Shown here: piece after piece, positions 1 through 9,897 of the stretch
How the letters are laid out: each line of letters starts with the position of its first letter
Numbering within the stretch: the first letter of the stretch is position 1
Assembly (NCBI GenBank): GCA_040882145.1
Contig: JBBEBU010000010.1
Coordinates: 11,973-75,972 of the forward strand
DNA: 64,000 bases
Reading direction: 5' to 3'
Source of the DNA: Idiomarina sp.
GTDB taxonomy: Bacteria; Pseudomonadota; Gammaproteobacteria; Enterobacterales; Alteromonadaceae
The notes under the pieces: generated by a model
Seen by the model: only the letters and a program-made list of their open reading frames with translations
What the model was told of the DNA's origin: nothing
The model's database searches: none
Translations under genes and position numbers: made by a program

Positions 1-605
1 AGCAACTTCGCGTGGCCCAGTTCAATGTCACCGCGCTCAAGCAGTGTTTTAACTTCCGCTTCAAGATTGTTCAGGCGCAGTAAGTTAGTAATAGTAGCGC
101 GTGATTTGCCCACGGCTTCCGCCACTTCCTGATGGGTCAGCTGGAACTCGTCCAGCAACCGCTGCAGGGCATTGGCTTCTTCCATGGAATTTAAATCTTC
201 GCGCTGAATGTTCTCAATTAGCGCAATAGCAACGGCCGCTTCATCAGGCACGTCTTTAATCAGGCAGGGAACCATTTCCAGTCGCGCCATTTGGGCTGCG
301 CGCCAGCGCCTTTCACCGGCAATAATTTCAAAACTGTCAGGGCCTACCGGACGCACCACTATGGGCTGAATAATACCTTGCGATTTAATCGACGAGGCTA
401 AGTCTTCCAGTGCTTCCGGCGACATGTCTTTGCGCGGCTGGTATTTACCCGGACGCAACCATTCAATGGGTAATTTTTGCAGCTCGCCTTTACTGCTTTC
501 CTGCTGAGCAACTTCATCCGCTACATTGGTGCGGCTTTGCGCGTTGTTACTGTTGGTTAGTAACGCGTCCAGGCCGCGTCCAAGTCCTCGTTTTTTTGCC
601 GACAT
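1..605 (-). CDS. parB: Chromosome partitioning protein ParB (N-terminal ~201 codons; C-terminus lies beyond the window start)
   Basis: Absent from the ORF track because it runs off the window. Reverse translation from the ATG (complement of 603-605) gives MSAKKRGLGRGLDALL...IIAGERRWRAAQMA...LTHQEVAEAVGKSRATITNLLRL. Lies directly downstream of parA. Confidence 0.9.
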   Translation of the reverse strand, partial: MSAKKRGLGRGLDALLTNSNNAQSRTNVADEVAQQESSKGELQKLPIEWLRPGKYQPRKDMSPEALEDLASSIKSQGIIQPIVVRPVGPDSFEIIAGERRWRAAQMARLEMVPCLIKDVPDEAAVAIALIENIQREDLNSMEEANALQRLLDEFQLTHQEVAEAVGKSRATITNLLRLNNLEAEVKTLLERGDIELGHAKL

Positions 606-642
606 AAGCGCTTGGTTCCTTGTTTGCTCAGTTTTTTTCTAG

Positions 643-1440
643 TTAAGCTTCAGTTGCTTCGCTGTCTTTTTGTAATTGTTCAGCGCGGCGAATCAATTCA
701 CCGGCCAGGGCCAAATAGGCCTTAGCACCTGTGGATGTTTTATCGTAATACATGGCTGGGGCGCCAAAACTTGGCGCTTCCGCCAGCCGCACATTGCGTG
801 GAATAACAGTGCGATACACTTTGTCGCCAAAATGCGCTTTCAACTGCTCGGAAACGTCATTGGCGAGACGGTTCCGTGGGTCGTACATAGTGCGCAAAAT
901 ACCTTCAATACTTAAACTTGGGTTTACCACGTCGGCTAACCGGTTAATGGTGTCCATTAACGCCGTTAAACCTTCCAGCGCGTAGTATTCGCACTGCATG
1001 GGTACCAGAATAGAGTCAGCGGCAGCCATGGCATTCACGGTTAACATGTTCAATGACGGCGGGCAGTCGATAAAAATAAAGTCATAATTATCGGCAACTG
1101 GTTTCAGTGCATTGCGCAGCCGCAGTTCGCGCGCAAACACTTCCATTAGTTTTATTTCAGCGGCAGTAACATCGGCATTGGCTGCAATTAAGTGATACTT
1201 ACCATTGGTGTCAGTCACTATCACTTCTTTGGCTGGCGTTTCGTCTACCAGCAGCTCGTATACGGTGTTTTCAACTTCGTATTTGTCCACACCGCTACCC
1301 ATAGTGGCGTTGCCCTGTGGGTCTAAATCAATCAACAAGACTTTTCTGCGCGTTGCTGCCATGGAAGCTGCAAGGTTAACCGCGGTGGTGGTTTTGCCCA
1401 CGCCGCCTTTTTGGTTCGCAATTGCAATTATTTTTGCCAC
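643..1440 (-). CDS. parA: Chromosome partitioning ATPase ParA/Soj
   Basis: 265 aa with a deviant Walker A motif (NQKGGVGKTTT). parA-parB pair next to rsmG/mnmG. Confidence 0.95.
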   Translation of the reverse strand: MAKIIAIANQKGGVGKTTTAVNLAASMAATRRKVLLIDLDPQGNATMGSGVDKYEVENTVYELLVDETPAKEVIVTDTNGKYHLIAANADVTAAEIKLMEVFARELRLRNALKPVADNYDFIFIDCPPSLNMLTVNAMAAADSILVPMQCEYYALEGLTALMDTINRLADVVNPSLSIEGILRTMYDPRNRLANDVSEQLKAHFGDKVYRTVIPRNVRLAEAPSFGAPAMYYDKTSTGAKAYLALAGELIRRAEQLQKDSEATEA

Positions 1441-1445
1441 GGTTA

Positions 1446-2108
1446 TTAACCTCTTGTTGTAATTATTACCAGGTGACGTTCACCTTCAACACCCGCAACC
1501 TGCAATTTATGAACACTTTCAAGCTCTGCAAAATCAGGAAGCTCAGCCAGTTCAGCGGTGGGATGTACACCTTTCAACGCTAAAAATTTACCATGCGCGG
1601 CAGGTAAATGCGCGCACCAACTGAGCATATCACTAAGCGACGCAAAGGCTCTACTAATGACACCATCAAATTGCTGCTCCGGTTGGTAATCTTCCACCCG
1701 GGCCTGTACCGCCGTGACATTGGTGATTTTCAGTTGATGACAAACCTGACGAATAAAGCGAATGCGTTTACCTAAACTATCCAGCAATACAAATTCTTTG
1801 TCGGGTTCAACAATGGCCAACGGCAACCCCGGTAAACCCGGCCCGGTGCCCACATCAATAAAGCGTTTACCCTGTAAATGCGGGCGTATCACCAGGCTAT
1901 CGATTAAATGTTTACTGAGCATTTGTTCAGGTACACGAACCGAAGTCAGGTTATAGGCTTTGTTCCATTTGTCGAGCAAACTTACTAATGTTAGTAATTG
2001 CTCACTTTGCTTGTCAGTAATTCTGATATTGGCTTGTTGTAGCAACGAAGGCCATTTTTTTGCCCAGCTACTTGCTGATATATTTGCTGCCGTATTAATA
2101 GAAGTCAC
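1446..2108 (-). CDS. rsmG: 16S rRNA m7G527 methyltransferase RsmG (GidB)
   Basis: SAM-binding motif [16 protein letters not shown]. Conserved position downstream of mnmG. The true start may be an internal codon. Confidence 0.9.
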   Translation of the reverse strand: MTSINTAANISASSWAKKWPSLLQQANIRITDKQSEQLLTLVSLLDKWNKAYNLTSVRVPEQMLSKHLIDSLVIRPHLQGKRFIDVGTGPGLPGLPLAIVEPDKEFVLLDSLGKRIRFIRQVCHQLKITNVTAVQARVEDYQPEQQFDGVISRAFASLSDMLSWCAHLPAAHGKFLALKGVHPTAELAELPDFAELESVHKLQVAGVEGERHLVIITTRG

Positions 2109-2116
2109 AACTTTTC

Positions 2117-4027
2117 CTAAGCGCTTTTGCGCAACAGTCCTTGTTTTTTCAGGTGTACCAGCAGCATGGAAATAGCCGCTGGAGTAATACCTGAAATTCG
2201 CGCCGCTTTACCAACAGTTTCTGGTTGATGCTGATTTAATTTGGCAATAACTTCATTCGATAAACCGTTAATAGACGCATAGTCGAAGGTTGCCGGCAAT
2301 AAGGTGTTCTCATGGCGCAACTGTCTGGCTATTTCTTCATGCTGACGGGTAATGTAACCCGCATATTTGGTTTGTATTTCAACCTGTTCAGCGGCTTGTG
2401 CGTCGTCCAGGCCCGGGCCTATTTCGTCAATAGCGACCAGATCTTTGTAGGTAATTTCCGGACGGCGCAATAATTCTTCCGCGTTTACTTCGCGTGAAAT
2501 TGGTTTTTTAACCAACTTGTTAATGGCATCGGCTGCAGCATGGTTCGGATACAACCAGGTTCCGCGCAAACGTTTTTGTTCGGTTTCAATGGCTTCCATT
2601 TTTGCCTGAAAACGTGCCCAGCGAGCATCATCAACCAGACCTAATTTACGGCCTTGCTCGGTTAAGCGAATGTCCGCGTTGTCTTCACGCAATAACAAAC
2701 GGTATTCGGCGCGCGAAGTAAACATGCGGTAGGGCTCTTTGGTACCTAGCGTGGACAGATCGTCAATTAACACACCCATGTAGGCTTGATCTCGTCGCGG
2801 TGCCCATGATTCCTTGCCTTGAACCTGCAACGCAGCGTTTAAACCAGCTACCAGACCCTGGGCACCGGCTTCTTCATAGCCGGTGGTACCGTTGATTTGG
2901 CCGGCAAAGAACAAGCCGTGAATATATTTGCTTTCTAATGACTGTTTTAAATCACGTGGATCAAAAAAGTCATATTCAATGGCGTAACCCGGACGTGTGA
3001 TATGCGCATTCTCAAAGCCCTTGATAGAACGCACTAACTCAACTTGCACATCAAATGGCAAACTAGTGGAAATACCGTTTGGATAAACCTCGTGAGTGGT
3101 TAAGCCTTCTGGCTCGACAAAAATCTGATGTGAATTTTTGTCGGCAAAACGAACTACTTTGTCTTCAATTGACGGGCAATAGCGTGGCCCAACGCCTTCA
3201 ATAATGCCTGAATACATAGGCGAGCGATCTAAGCCGCTTTTAATAATGTCATGCGTGCGTTCGTTGGTATGGGTGATATAGCAAGGCACCTGACGTGGAT
3301 GATCACTGCCGTCCCCCATAAATGAAAATATTGGGGTTGGCCGGTCGCCTGGTTGTTCCTGCATCACGCTGAAATCTATGGTTTTTGCATCAACGCGTGG
3401 CGGGGTACCGGTTTTTAACCGATCTACCCGCAGTGGCAGTTCACGTAAACGTTTTGCTAGGTTATTGGCTGGAGGATCGCCAGCTCGACCACCTTGATAG
3501 TTTTCTAAACCAATGTGAATTTGTCCACCAAGGAAGGTACCCACGGTTAGTACCACGGTTTTGGCAGAGAACTTAAGCCCCATTTGGGTAACTACACCAA
3601 CCACGCGATCTTGTTCAACAATAAGATCGTCACAAGCTTGTTGAAACAAACTTAAATTCGGTTGGTTTTCCAAAGTTTCACGAATAGCCGCGCGATAAAG
3701 TTGGCGATCGGCTTGAGCGCGGGTTGCACGTACAGCTGGCCCTTTCGACGAATTAAGTGTCCGAAATTGAATACCAGAGCGGTCAGCAGCAATAGCCATA
3801 GCGCCGCCAAGCGCATCAATTTCTTTTACTAAATGACCTTTACCAATACCACCAATAGCAGGGTTACAGGACATTTGGCCCAAGGTTTCAATATTGTGCG
3901 TTAGCAATAACGTAGAACTACCCATACGGGCAGCTGCTAAGGCTGCTTCTGTGCCTGCATGACCACCACCTATAACGATAACGTTAAAATGTTGATGGTA
4001 GGTGTTGTTGCCTGTACTGCTGGACAT
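2117..4027 (-). CDS. mnmG: tRNA uridine-5-carboxymethylaminomethyl modification enzyme MnmG (GidA)
   Basis: 636 aa with FAD-binding N-terminus [14 protein letters not shown]. Flanks oriC as in E. coli and Vibrio. Confidence 0.97.
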   Translation of the reverse strand: MSSSTGNNTYHQHFNVIVIGGGHAGTEAALAAARMGSSTLLLTHNIETLGQMSCNPAIGGIGKGHLVKEIDALGGAMAIAADRSGIQFRTLNSSKGPAVRATRAQADRQLYRAAIRETLENQPNLSLFQQACDDLIVEQDRVVGVVTQMGLKFSAKTVVLTVGTFLGGQIHIGLENYQGGRAGDPPANNLAKRLRELPLRVDRLKTGTPPRVDAKTIDFSVMQEQPGDRPTPIFSFMGDGSDHPRQVPCYITHTNERTHDIIKSGLDRSPMYSGIIEGVGPRYCPSIEDKVVRFADKNSHQIFVEPEGLTTHEVYPNGISTSLPFDVQVELVRSIKGFENAHITRPGYAIEYDFFDPRDLKQSLESKYIHGLFFAGQINGTTGYEEAGAQGLVAGLNAALQVQGKESWAPRRDQAYMGVLIDDLSTLGTKEPYRMFTSRAEYRLLLREDNADIRLTEQGRKLGLVDDARWARFQAKMEAIETEQKRLRGTWLYPNHAAADAINKLVKKPISREVNAEELLRRPEITYKDLVAIDEIGPGLDDAQAAEQVEIQTKYAGYITRQHEEIARQLRHENTLLPATFDYASINGLSNEVIAKLNQHQPETVGKAARISGITPAAISMLLVHLKKQGLLRKSA

Positions 4028-4139
4028 AAATTGAATACCTGTTGTTTCTAATTACGCGTAGTTACGCATAGTAATGCGTAGGCGCGAAGGGCTAGTTCGG
4101 GTGCGATTCTTGAACCGGTTATTTTAACGCGAATTCACT

Positions 4140-4410
4140 GAAAGAAAAATGGTTAAATTTTAAACGGGGTGTAAAACTTCCCTGAGAAGATCTTAAAAGT
4201 ATTTAAATGATCTTGTTTTGATCTTTTACTATGCCTACTACTATGATCGAGCTTCCTGTTGATAAGCGATCAAAGCTGTTCATTTTAAAGGATCTTTTCG
4301 ATCATGAAAGCTGTGATCAGATGACGATCTTAACTGCTTACATCATGTGGGTAACCATAGTACTTATCCACAACCATGGTTATCAACAGACTTATTTGGT
4401 GTATATAAAC
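4140..4410. other. oriC: Chromosomal replication origin oriC (E. coli type, in the mnmG-mioC gap)
   Basis: Nine GATC sites between 4189 and 4329. Three GATCT-initiated AT-rich 13-mers. One perfect DnaA box TTATCCACA (4364-4372). Near-consensus boxes at 4257-4265 (TGTTGATAA), 4346-4354 (TGTGGGTAA), 4380-4388 (TTATCAACA) and 4400-4408 (TGTATATAA). mioC reads toward it as in E. coli. Confidence 0.85.
4189..4232 (+). repeat. Three 13-mer DNA-unwinding-element repeats: GATCTTAAAAGTA, GATCTTGTTTTGA, GATCTTTTACTAT
   Basis: Start at 4189, 4209 and 4220. They resemble the E. coli L/M/R 13-mers (GATCTnTTnTTTT). Confidence 0.75.
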
Positions 4411-4436
4411 AGGTCTTAAGTAGGCTTATACTTCTT

Positions 4437-4889
4437 TTATACACAAATATTGATGAATTTTTGTACCCATATTGGTGTTAATTGCTCCGGGTCGTCTTCC
4501 ATCATGTCTATTTCCAGACGATCCAGTAGTCGCATAGCAGCTGCATCATTCAGTCGTTGGTCCAGGTCTCGCCCGGCAGCACAGTAAGTATCGTAACATG
4601 ACTCGCCAATAGCTATTACCGCATACTTTAAGCCCGCTAGCTGCGGTGGGCGATGTTCCAGTTGTTCGGCAAAATCCAGCATGCTGTCACCGTAATCACC
4701 AGCACCATGGCTGGCTACCAGGCATAACCAAATGCGCTCAGGTCCTGCTTGTTCAGTCAGCGCATCAAAGTCAGGTTCGTAATGCATTTCGGTAGTTAGG
4801 CCGGCTTGTTGCAATTGTTCCTGCACTTGATCGGCTAAATACTCGGTATTCCCTGAGGTAGTGCCAACTAATATGTCGATGCGACTCAT
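4437..4889 (-). CDS. mioC: FMN-binding flavodoxin-like protein MioC
   Basis: 150 aa, MSRIDILVGTTSGNTEYLA...ASHGAGD. Aligns by eye with E. coli MioC and is adjacent to oriC. Confidence 0.85.
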   Translation of the reverse strand: MSRIDILVGTTSGNTEYLADQVQEQLQQAGLTTEMHYEPDFDALTEQAGPERIWLCLVASHGAGDYGDSMLDFAEQLEHRPPQLAGLKYAVIAIGESCYDTYCAAGRDLDQRLNDAAAMRLLDRLEIDMMEDDPEQLTPIWVQKFINICV

Positions 4890-4921
4890 AGTGTTTCTTT
4901 CCTAAGTTCGGTTCGTGCTTT

Positions 4922-6382
4922 TTAACGAATAACGGCCAAAGTTTGATATTCGTCAATGGCAAATTGGTCCGTCATACCGCTGATAAAATCTTGTATTAAA
5001 CGACAGCGGTAATATAACTCGTGATGGTCATCGTTTTTCGGTTGTTGCAGATAGGCGGCGATATGCTTTGCTGGAAGCCGTTTCGCTAAACGCTTTGGCA
5101 AAATCAGATGTGTTGCAGAGCCGTCTAATACAGAGGCAAAATCAGAGCTGGTTAGTTTCAGTAATGGTGCGTAAAAATTAAGTAAGCCGTGAATAATCTG
5201 ATAGCCCTGCAGTTCCAGAGTTTCTACTTCTGGGTGATTAAATACGTGGTCAAAAGCAACGTCTTTCAGGGTAGTAATAACGCGTTGATATACGCTACCG
5301 TCTTCTAATAAGGCTCTATCTAAACTGCCGTGAAATACCGCTTCCATATTCTCAGCGCACTGGTTTGCGGCATGTTCAACTAACGGGTGAATAAGCGCAA
5401 CCCGCAGTGCTATAAAATACTGTCCAACAGGGTCAACAGGTTCACGCTCGGCCGCCTTGTTGGCTTGATCCATCAAACTTGCAAAAGTCACCTGGTTGCC
5501 GCTATTGGTGCTAATGGTATTGACTGCAGATGGCGATAAATTCGCGCTGATCTGCTCAAACTGTTGTTTCAATAGCTGCGTTAGTTGGGAAAGATCCAGA
5601 ATGTTTTTTTCTACCGCATCTTCAATATCGGCCAGGCAGTAAGAAATATCATCGGCGGCCTCCATAATATACGCTAGCGGATGTCGGCAACCGGGTTGTA
5701 TATCCAGTGCTTGCTGTAAATCAGTTATTAGCTGTTGTTCCGAGTAATAATAGCCAGGCTTTTTTGCCCGGTAACAATTAGCTGGTTTTGCTTCATAAGC
5801 CGGGCGCGTATATTTCATTAACCCGGCTGTTTGGCTGTAGGTAAGGTTCAGGCGCAACAGAGTAGCGGTAAGGCGGATGGCTTGAGCGTTGCCTTCAAAG
5901 TGAATTAAATCCTGCTGCAGTAAGTCATGATGGTTGTAGCTGTCATCAAGATGACTGAATAGTCCGTTACTATTCTGCGCAAACCAGTTCTGAATTGCGG
6001 CTTCGCCAAAGTGACCAAAGGGTGGATTGCCAATGTCGTGCATTAAACAGGACATTTCTACCAGGGTTTCAAGAGCTTGTTCGTAAGGTGGCTCCAGGCC
6101 GAGTTTGGCAACATTCGGGCCTAGTTTTTGAATCAGGGTACGGACAATAAAACGCCCGGTTTGTTGCACTTCCAGTGAATGGGTTAAGCGGCTGCGCACA
6201 GCAGCGTTTCGTTCCAGCGGAAACACCTGAGTTTTTTGTTGCAGGCGGCGTACGGCAGCAGACTGAATAATACGGCCACGGTCACTTTCAAAGGCGCGTA
6301 AAATAGCATCCGCCGTTTCGGTTGGTGCCGCAGAGCCCGACGGGCGTTGAGTGGTAATCTTATGTTTAAAATTAATAGTCAT
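4922..6382 (-). CDS. dgt: dGTP triphosphohydrolase-like HD-domain protein
   Basis: HD motif MHDIGNPPFGHFGE. I prefer the start MTINFKHK (complement of 6380-6382) over the ORF-track start at 6460. Confidence 0.8.
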   Translation of the reverse strand: MTINFKHKITTQRPSGSAAPTETADAILRAFESDRGRIIQSAAVRRLQQKTQVFPLERNAAVRSRLTHSLEVQQTGRFIVRTLIQKLGPNVAKLGLEPPYEQALETLVEMSCLMHDIGNPPFGHFGEAAIQNWFAQNSNGLFSHLDDSYNHHDLLQQDLIHFEGNAQAIRLTATLLRLNLTYSQTAGLMKYTRPAYEAKPANCYRAKKPGYYYSEQQLITDLQQALDIQPGCRHPLAYIMEAADDISYCLADIEDAVEKNILDLSQLTQLLKQQFEQISANLSPSAVNTISTNSGNQVTFASLMDQANKAAEREPVDPVGQYFIALRVALIHPLVEHAANQCAENMEAVFHGSLDRALLEDGSVYQRVITTLKDVAFDHVFNHPEVETLELQGYQIIHGLLNFYAPLLKLTSSDFASVLDGSATHLILPKRLAKRLPAKHIAAYLQQPKNDDHHELYYRCRLIQDFISGMTDQFAIDEYQTLAVIR

Positions 6383-6597
6383 ACGCGGCCTTGTGAATAC
6401 TTGATGGATATCAACCAAGCTTTCTGAAGTTACATTGTAAGTGAAGTAAACCATAAACAAAGCAGTGGCGGCTATTATGGTATTAATTAACGACTAACGG
6501 AGTTATTTTTACGGCCAGCGAAGCTAGCCCTGTGTGGGCCATGCTGATACCCTAGTAACATAATAAAAACTATTTAATCATCGTTTAAGGCCCTCAC

Positions 6598-9036
6598 ATG
6601 ATCCAGATAAAGAACTCTGGCTTAACTGCCAGCCTGATTCTATTGGTAAGTTTGACCTTGCCGGTAAGCGCGGCAATTAAGCAAACTAAGGTAGATTTTG
6701 AAGACAAATTCCGCCAATTAGATGAAGTGTTGCCAACGCCGAATGTGTACCGCAATGCAGCGGGCGAACCTGGCACCCAATACTGGCAGCAACAGGCCGA
6801 TTACGATATTAAAGTGCGCTTAGACGAAGACCAGCGCCGTATTGAAGCTTCGCAAACCATTACTTACACCAATAACTCGCCTTATACCCTGCGCTACCTT
6901 TGGGTGCAGCTGGACCAAAACATTTTTCGTAGCGATTCCATGGCTGAAATGACGTCCACCTTTGAGTCGTCGCAGGAAACCAATTTAGGCGGTATTGATA
7001 AGCCAGCGCGCTTAAGTTTGAATCAGTTACGTCGCCAGCAGTTTATGCAGGACAACGAACTGGGTTACGACATTAGCCGGTTAGAGGCTACTAACGGCCA
7101 AGAGTTGAAGTTCACCGTAGTTGGCACCAACTTGCGCATTGATTTGCCACAGCCATTAGAAGCTGGCGAGCAAATGACATTTGCCATTGATTTTGCTTTT
7201 AACATGGTTGAAGAAGACGCCATGGGCGCCCGTAATGGTTATGAGCATTTCCCGGATGACGCTCGCGAAGGCGGTAATGATATTTTCTTGCTGGCGCAGT
7301 GGTTCCCGCGCATGGTGTCGTACAGCGACTATGAAGCCTGGCATAACAAAGAATTCTTAGGCCGCGGTGAGTTCGCACTGGAATTTGGCGATTACAGTGT
7401 CGAAATTAATGTACCAGCGGATCATATCGTGTCCTCTACCGGTGTTTTGTATAACCCGGATGAAGTGTTAACTAATACCCAGCGGAAACGTTTGGAAGAG
7501 TCCGAAACTGCCGACCGTCCAGTATTTGTGGTAACGCCGGAAGAAGCCCTGGAAAACGAGAAAGCAGGTACTTCTGAGCGTAAAACCTGGCACTTTAAAG
7601 CCGAGAACGTTCGTGACTTTGCCTGGGCATCATCGCGTAAGTTTATCTGGGACGCGAAAGGCTATCAGCAAGGCGGTTCTGTACAACCGTTGGTTATGGC
7701 CATGTCGTTCTACCCGAAAGAAGGCGGTGAGCTGTGGGAAAAGTACTCCACGGAATCTGTGATTCATACCATGGACGTGTACTCGCGCTTCTCGTTTGAT
7801 TATCCGTACCCTACTGCACAGTCAGTGAATGGCCCGGTGGGTGGTATGGAATACCCAATGATTACCTTCAATGGCCCTCGGACTGAATTGCAGGACGATG
7901 GCAGCAGAACCTATTCGTTAGCGGAAAAACGCTTCTTGATTGGTGTAGTGATTCATGAAATTGGTCACATTTACTTTCCTATGATTGTGAATTCTGACGA
8001 GCGTCAATGGACCTGGATGGACGAAGGCTTAAACAGCTTTTTGGACGGCGTTGCCGGCCGCGAATGGGATCCGAATATTCCGTGGGGCGTAGAAGCGCGC
8101 CACATTGTTGACTACATGAAGTCACAGCAACAAGTGCCAATTATGACGCAGTCAGACAGCGTGTTGCGGTTAGGTCCGAATGCTTACACCAAACCTGCTG
8201 CTGCATTGAATATTCTGCGCGAAGTGATTCTTGGCCGTGACTTGTTTGATTTTGCATTCAAAGAGTATGCCCGCCGCTGGATGTTTAAACGACCTACGCC
8301 GTCAGACTTTTTCCGTACTATGGAAGAAGCTTCCGGGGTTGATTTAGATTGGTTCTGGCGTGGCTGGTTCTACAGTACTGACCACGTTGATATTGCCGTT
8401 GACCGGGTTTATGAATTACAGCTTGATACCAAAGATCCGGACATTGACTGGGAACGTCGTCGTCAGGAGCAAGCCGATAAGCCGGTGTCTTACCATGTAC
8501 GCCGGAACGAGCAGGAAGGCCGTAAAACCTGGGTTGAGCTAAATCCGGATGTGACGGACTTTCACGACGAAAATGACCGTTTCACGGTAACTAATAAGCA
8601 ACGTAACGAGTATCAGAGCTTCCTGGATAAGTTAGAGCCATGGGAACGGCGGGTATTTGAGCGTGCGGTTGAAGAAGACAAGAACTACTACGTGTTAGAT
8701 TTCAGCAACAAAGGCGGTTTAGTAATGCCAATATTGCTGCAATTAACATACGCCGACGGTACTACGGAAGACATGTACATTGCTGCCGAGATTTGGCGTC
8801 GTAACGCCAAGCAGGTGAGCAAGCTGGTTGTTACCGATAAGCAGGTGGTAAGCGTTGCGGTGGATCCGAACTGGGAGACTGCTGACGTAGACACGGCCAA
8901 TAACTACTATCCGCGTAAGATTATCCGCTCTCGTATTGAAGCTTATAAATACAAGCGCGATCTTGACCACGTGTCGCGTGATGTGATGCAAGACGCGAAA
9001 GCTGAGCTTAAAACTAACGAAGAGAATAACGATTAA
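6598..9036 (+). CDS. Secreted M1-family (gluzincin) zinc metallopeptidase
   Basis: Signal peptide ending VSAAIKQ. HEIGH-X18-E zinc motif (VIHEIGHIYFPMIVNSDERQWTWMDEGLNSF). Confidence 0.85.
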   Translation: MIQIKNSGLTASLILLVSLTLPVSAAIKQTKVDFEDKFRQLDEVLPTPNVYRNAAGEPGTQYWQQQADYDIKVRLDEDQRRIEASQTITYTNNSPYTLRYLWVQLDQNIFRSDSMAEMTSTFESSQETNLGGIDKPARLSLNQLRRQQFMQDNELGYDISRLEATNGQELKFTVVGTNLRIDLPQPLEAGEQMTFAIDFAFNMVEEDAMGARNGYEHFPDDAREGGNDIFLLAQWFPRMVSYSDYEAWHNKEFLGRGEFALEFGDYSVEINVPADHIVSSTGVLYNPDEVLTNTQRKRLEESETADRPVFVVTPEEALENEKAGTSERKTWHFKAENVRDFAWASSRKFIWDAKGYQQGGSVQPLVMAMSFYPKEGGELWEKYSTESVIHTMDVYSRFSFDYPYPTAQSVNGPVGGMEYPMITFNGPRTELQDDGSRTYSLAEKRFLIGVVIHEIGHIYFPMIVNSDERQWTWMDEGLNSFLDGVAGREWDPNIPWGVEARHIVDYMKSQQQVPIMTQSDSVLRLGPNAYTKPAAALNILREVILGRDLFDFAFKEYARRWMFKRPTPSDFFRTMEEASGVDLDWFWRGWFYSTDHVDIAVDRVYELQLDTKDPDIDWERRRQEQADKPVSYHVRRNEQEGRKTWVELNPDVTDFHDENDRFTVTNKQRNEYQSFLDKLEPWERRVFERAVEEDKNYYVLDFSNKGGLVMPILLQLTYADGTTEDMYIAAEIWRRNAKQVSKLVVTDKQVVSVAVDPNWETADVDTANNYYPRKIIRSRIEAYKYKRDLDHVSRDVMQDAKAELKTNEENND

Positions 9037-9551
9037 TGCGCCTAGTTGTTAGTTTGGTAGCGCTGTTGATGCTGTCGTTGCTGGTGAACGGCAGCGCGGC
9101 AGCGCATCAATTAAAAACTGCTATTACCACCGTATTGTTTAATGAGCGCACCGAAAACATTGAAGTGATGCATAGGTTTTACTTGCACGATGCTGAGCAT
9201 GCGCTTGCGCAAGTGGTTGAAGGTGGTGCCGATTTACATGCCAGTGAAGCCTCGCAACAAGCTTTTAGCAACTATGTGTTAAAGCACTTTGCAATGACTG
9301 ATCTGGATGAGCAACCGCTGGCGTTAACCACGGTTGGCTATCAAATTGATGGGCCGCATTTTTGGGTTTACCAGGAAACGCCAATTCCGGCGCAACTGAA
9401 AGGCTTAAGCATGCGCCATAGCGCGCTGCAGGAAGTGTGGGCGGATCAGGAAAATATGGTGAATATAGAAGGTAAGGGTGCTATCCAAACCTTATTATTT
9501 ACTAGTGATGATACTTGGTTAACGGTGTATTTTGACGACAAACAGCCCTAA
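9036..9551 (+). CDS. Exported ~170-aa protein of unknown function (resembles the DUF6702-type partner of M1 peptidases)
   Basis: Signal peptide ...NGSAAA followed by HQLKTAITTV. Start overlaps the peptidase stop (TAATG). Family assignment is from memory only. Confidence 0.6.
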   Translation: MRLVVSLVALLMLSLLVNGSAAAHQLKTAITTVLFNERTENIEVMHRFYLHDAEHALAQVVEGGADLHASEASQQAFSNYVLKHFAMTDLDEQPLALTTVGYQIDGPHFWVYQETPIPAQLKGLSMRHSALQEVWADQENMVNIEGKGAIQTLLFTSDDTWLTVYFDDKQP

Positions 9552-9868
9552 TCGGGGCTGTTACCTCCACAATTCCAGCATATTTCGTAACTTCCCGGCT
9601 GGGTTTCACCGCAATTTTGGCAATACCACTCCCGTTCGGCATTCTGTTCGTAATTCTGAATCACGCTGCGCGCTTGTTTATCGTGTTGGGGAGCAACCGC
9701 AATAGCGGTTTCCAACGCATCAGCAGCTAGTTCGCCAATGGCACCAGTAGACGAATTGTTTTTGACCCCCGCCGAGAGGCCCTGACTTCGCAGTAAGCCA
9801 GCCACAAGTTCCGCCTCTACCGGGTTGGCAGCATGGTAAACGGTAATCCAGTCGGGTGCTGGCTGCAT
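9548..9868 (-). CDS. DUF2007-like putative signal-transducing protein with a C-terminal zinc ribbon
   Basis: N-terminus WITVYHAANPVEAELVAGLLRSQG. C-terminus CQNCG...CWNCG. Lies 29 nt downstream of the GGDEF gene. Confidence 0.6.
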   Translation of the reverse strand: MQPAPDWITVYHAANPVEAELVAGLLRSQGLSAGVKNNSSTGAIGELAADALETAIAVAPQHDKQARSVIQNYEQNAEREWYCQNCGETQPGSYEICWNCGGNSPD

Positions 9869-9897
9869 AAGTAACTCCGGGTGTTGTAGAACTATGG

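Noticed and set aside
4166-4176. 11-mer GGGGTGTAAAA shared between oriC (4166-4176) and the def-LysM gap (44790-44800)
   Set aside because: Hundreds of 11-mer coincidences are expected in 64 kb on two strands. There is no extended similarity around it.
4399-4414. LexA-box-like GTGTATATAAACAG at the right edge of oriC
   Set aside because: It does not fit CTGT-N8-ACAG spacing. It is better explained as a degenerate DnaA box in AT-rich origin DNA.
4231-4419. 62-aa ORF in the ORF track
   Set aside because: It lies entirely inside oriC, spanning GATC sites and DnaA boxes. It has no ribosome-binding site and an odd composition. The frame is open by chance in AT-rich DNA.
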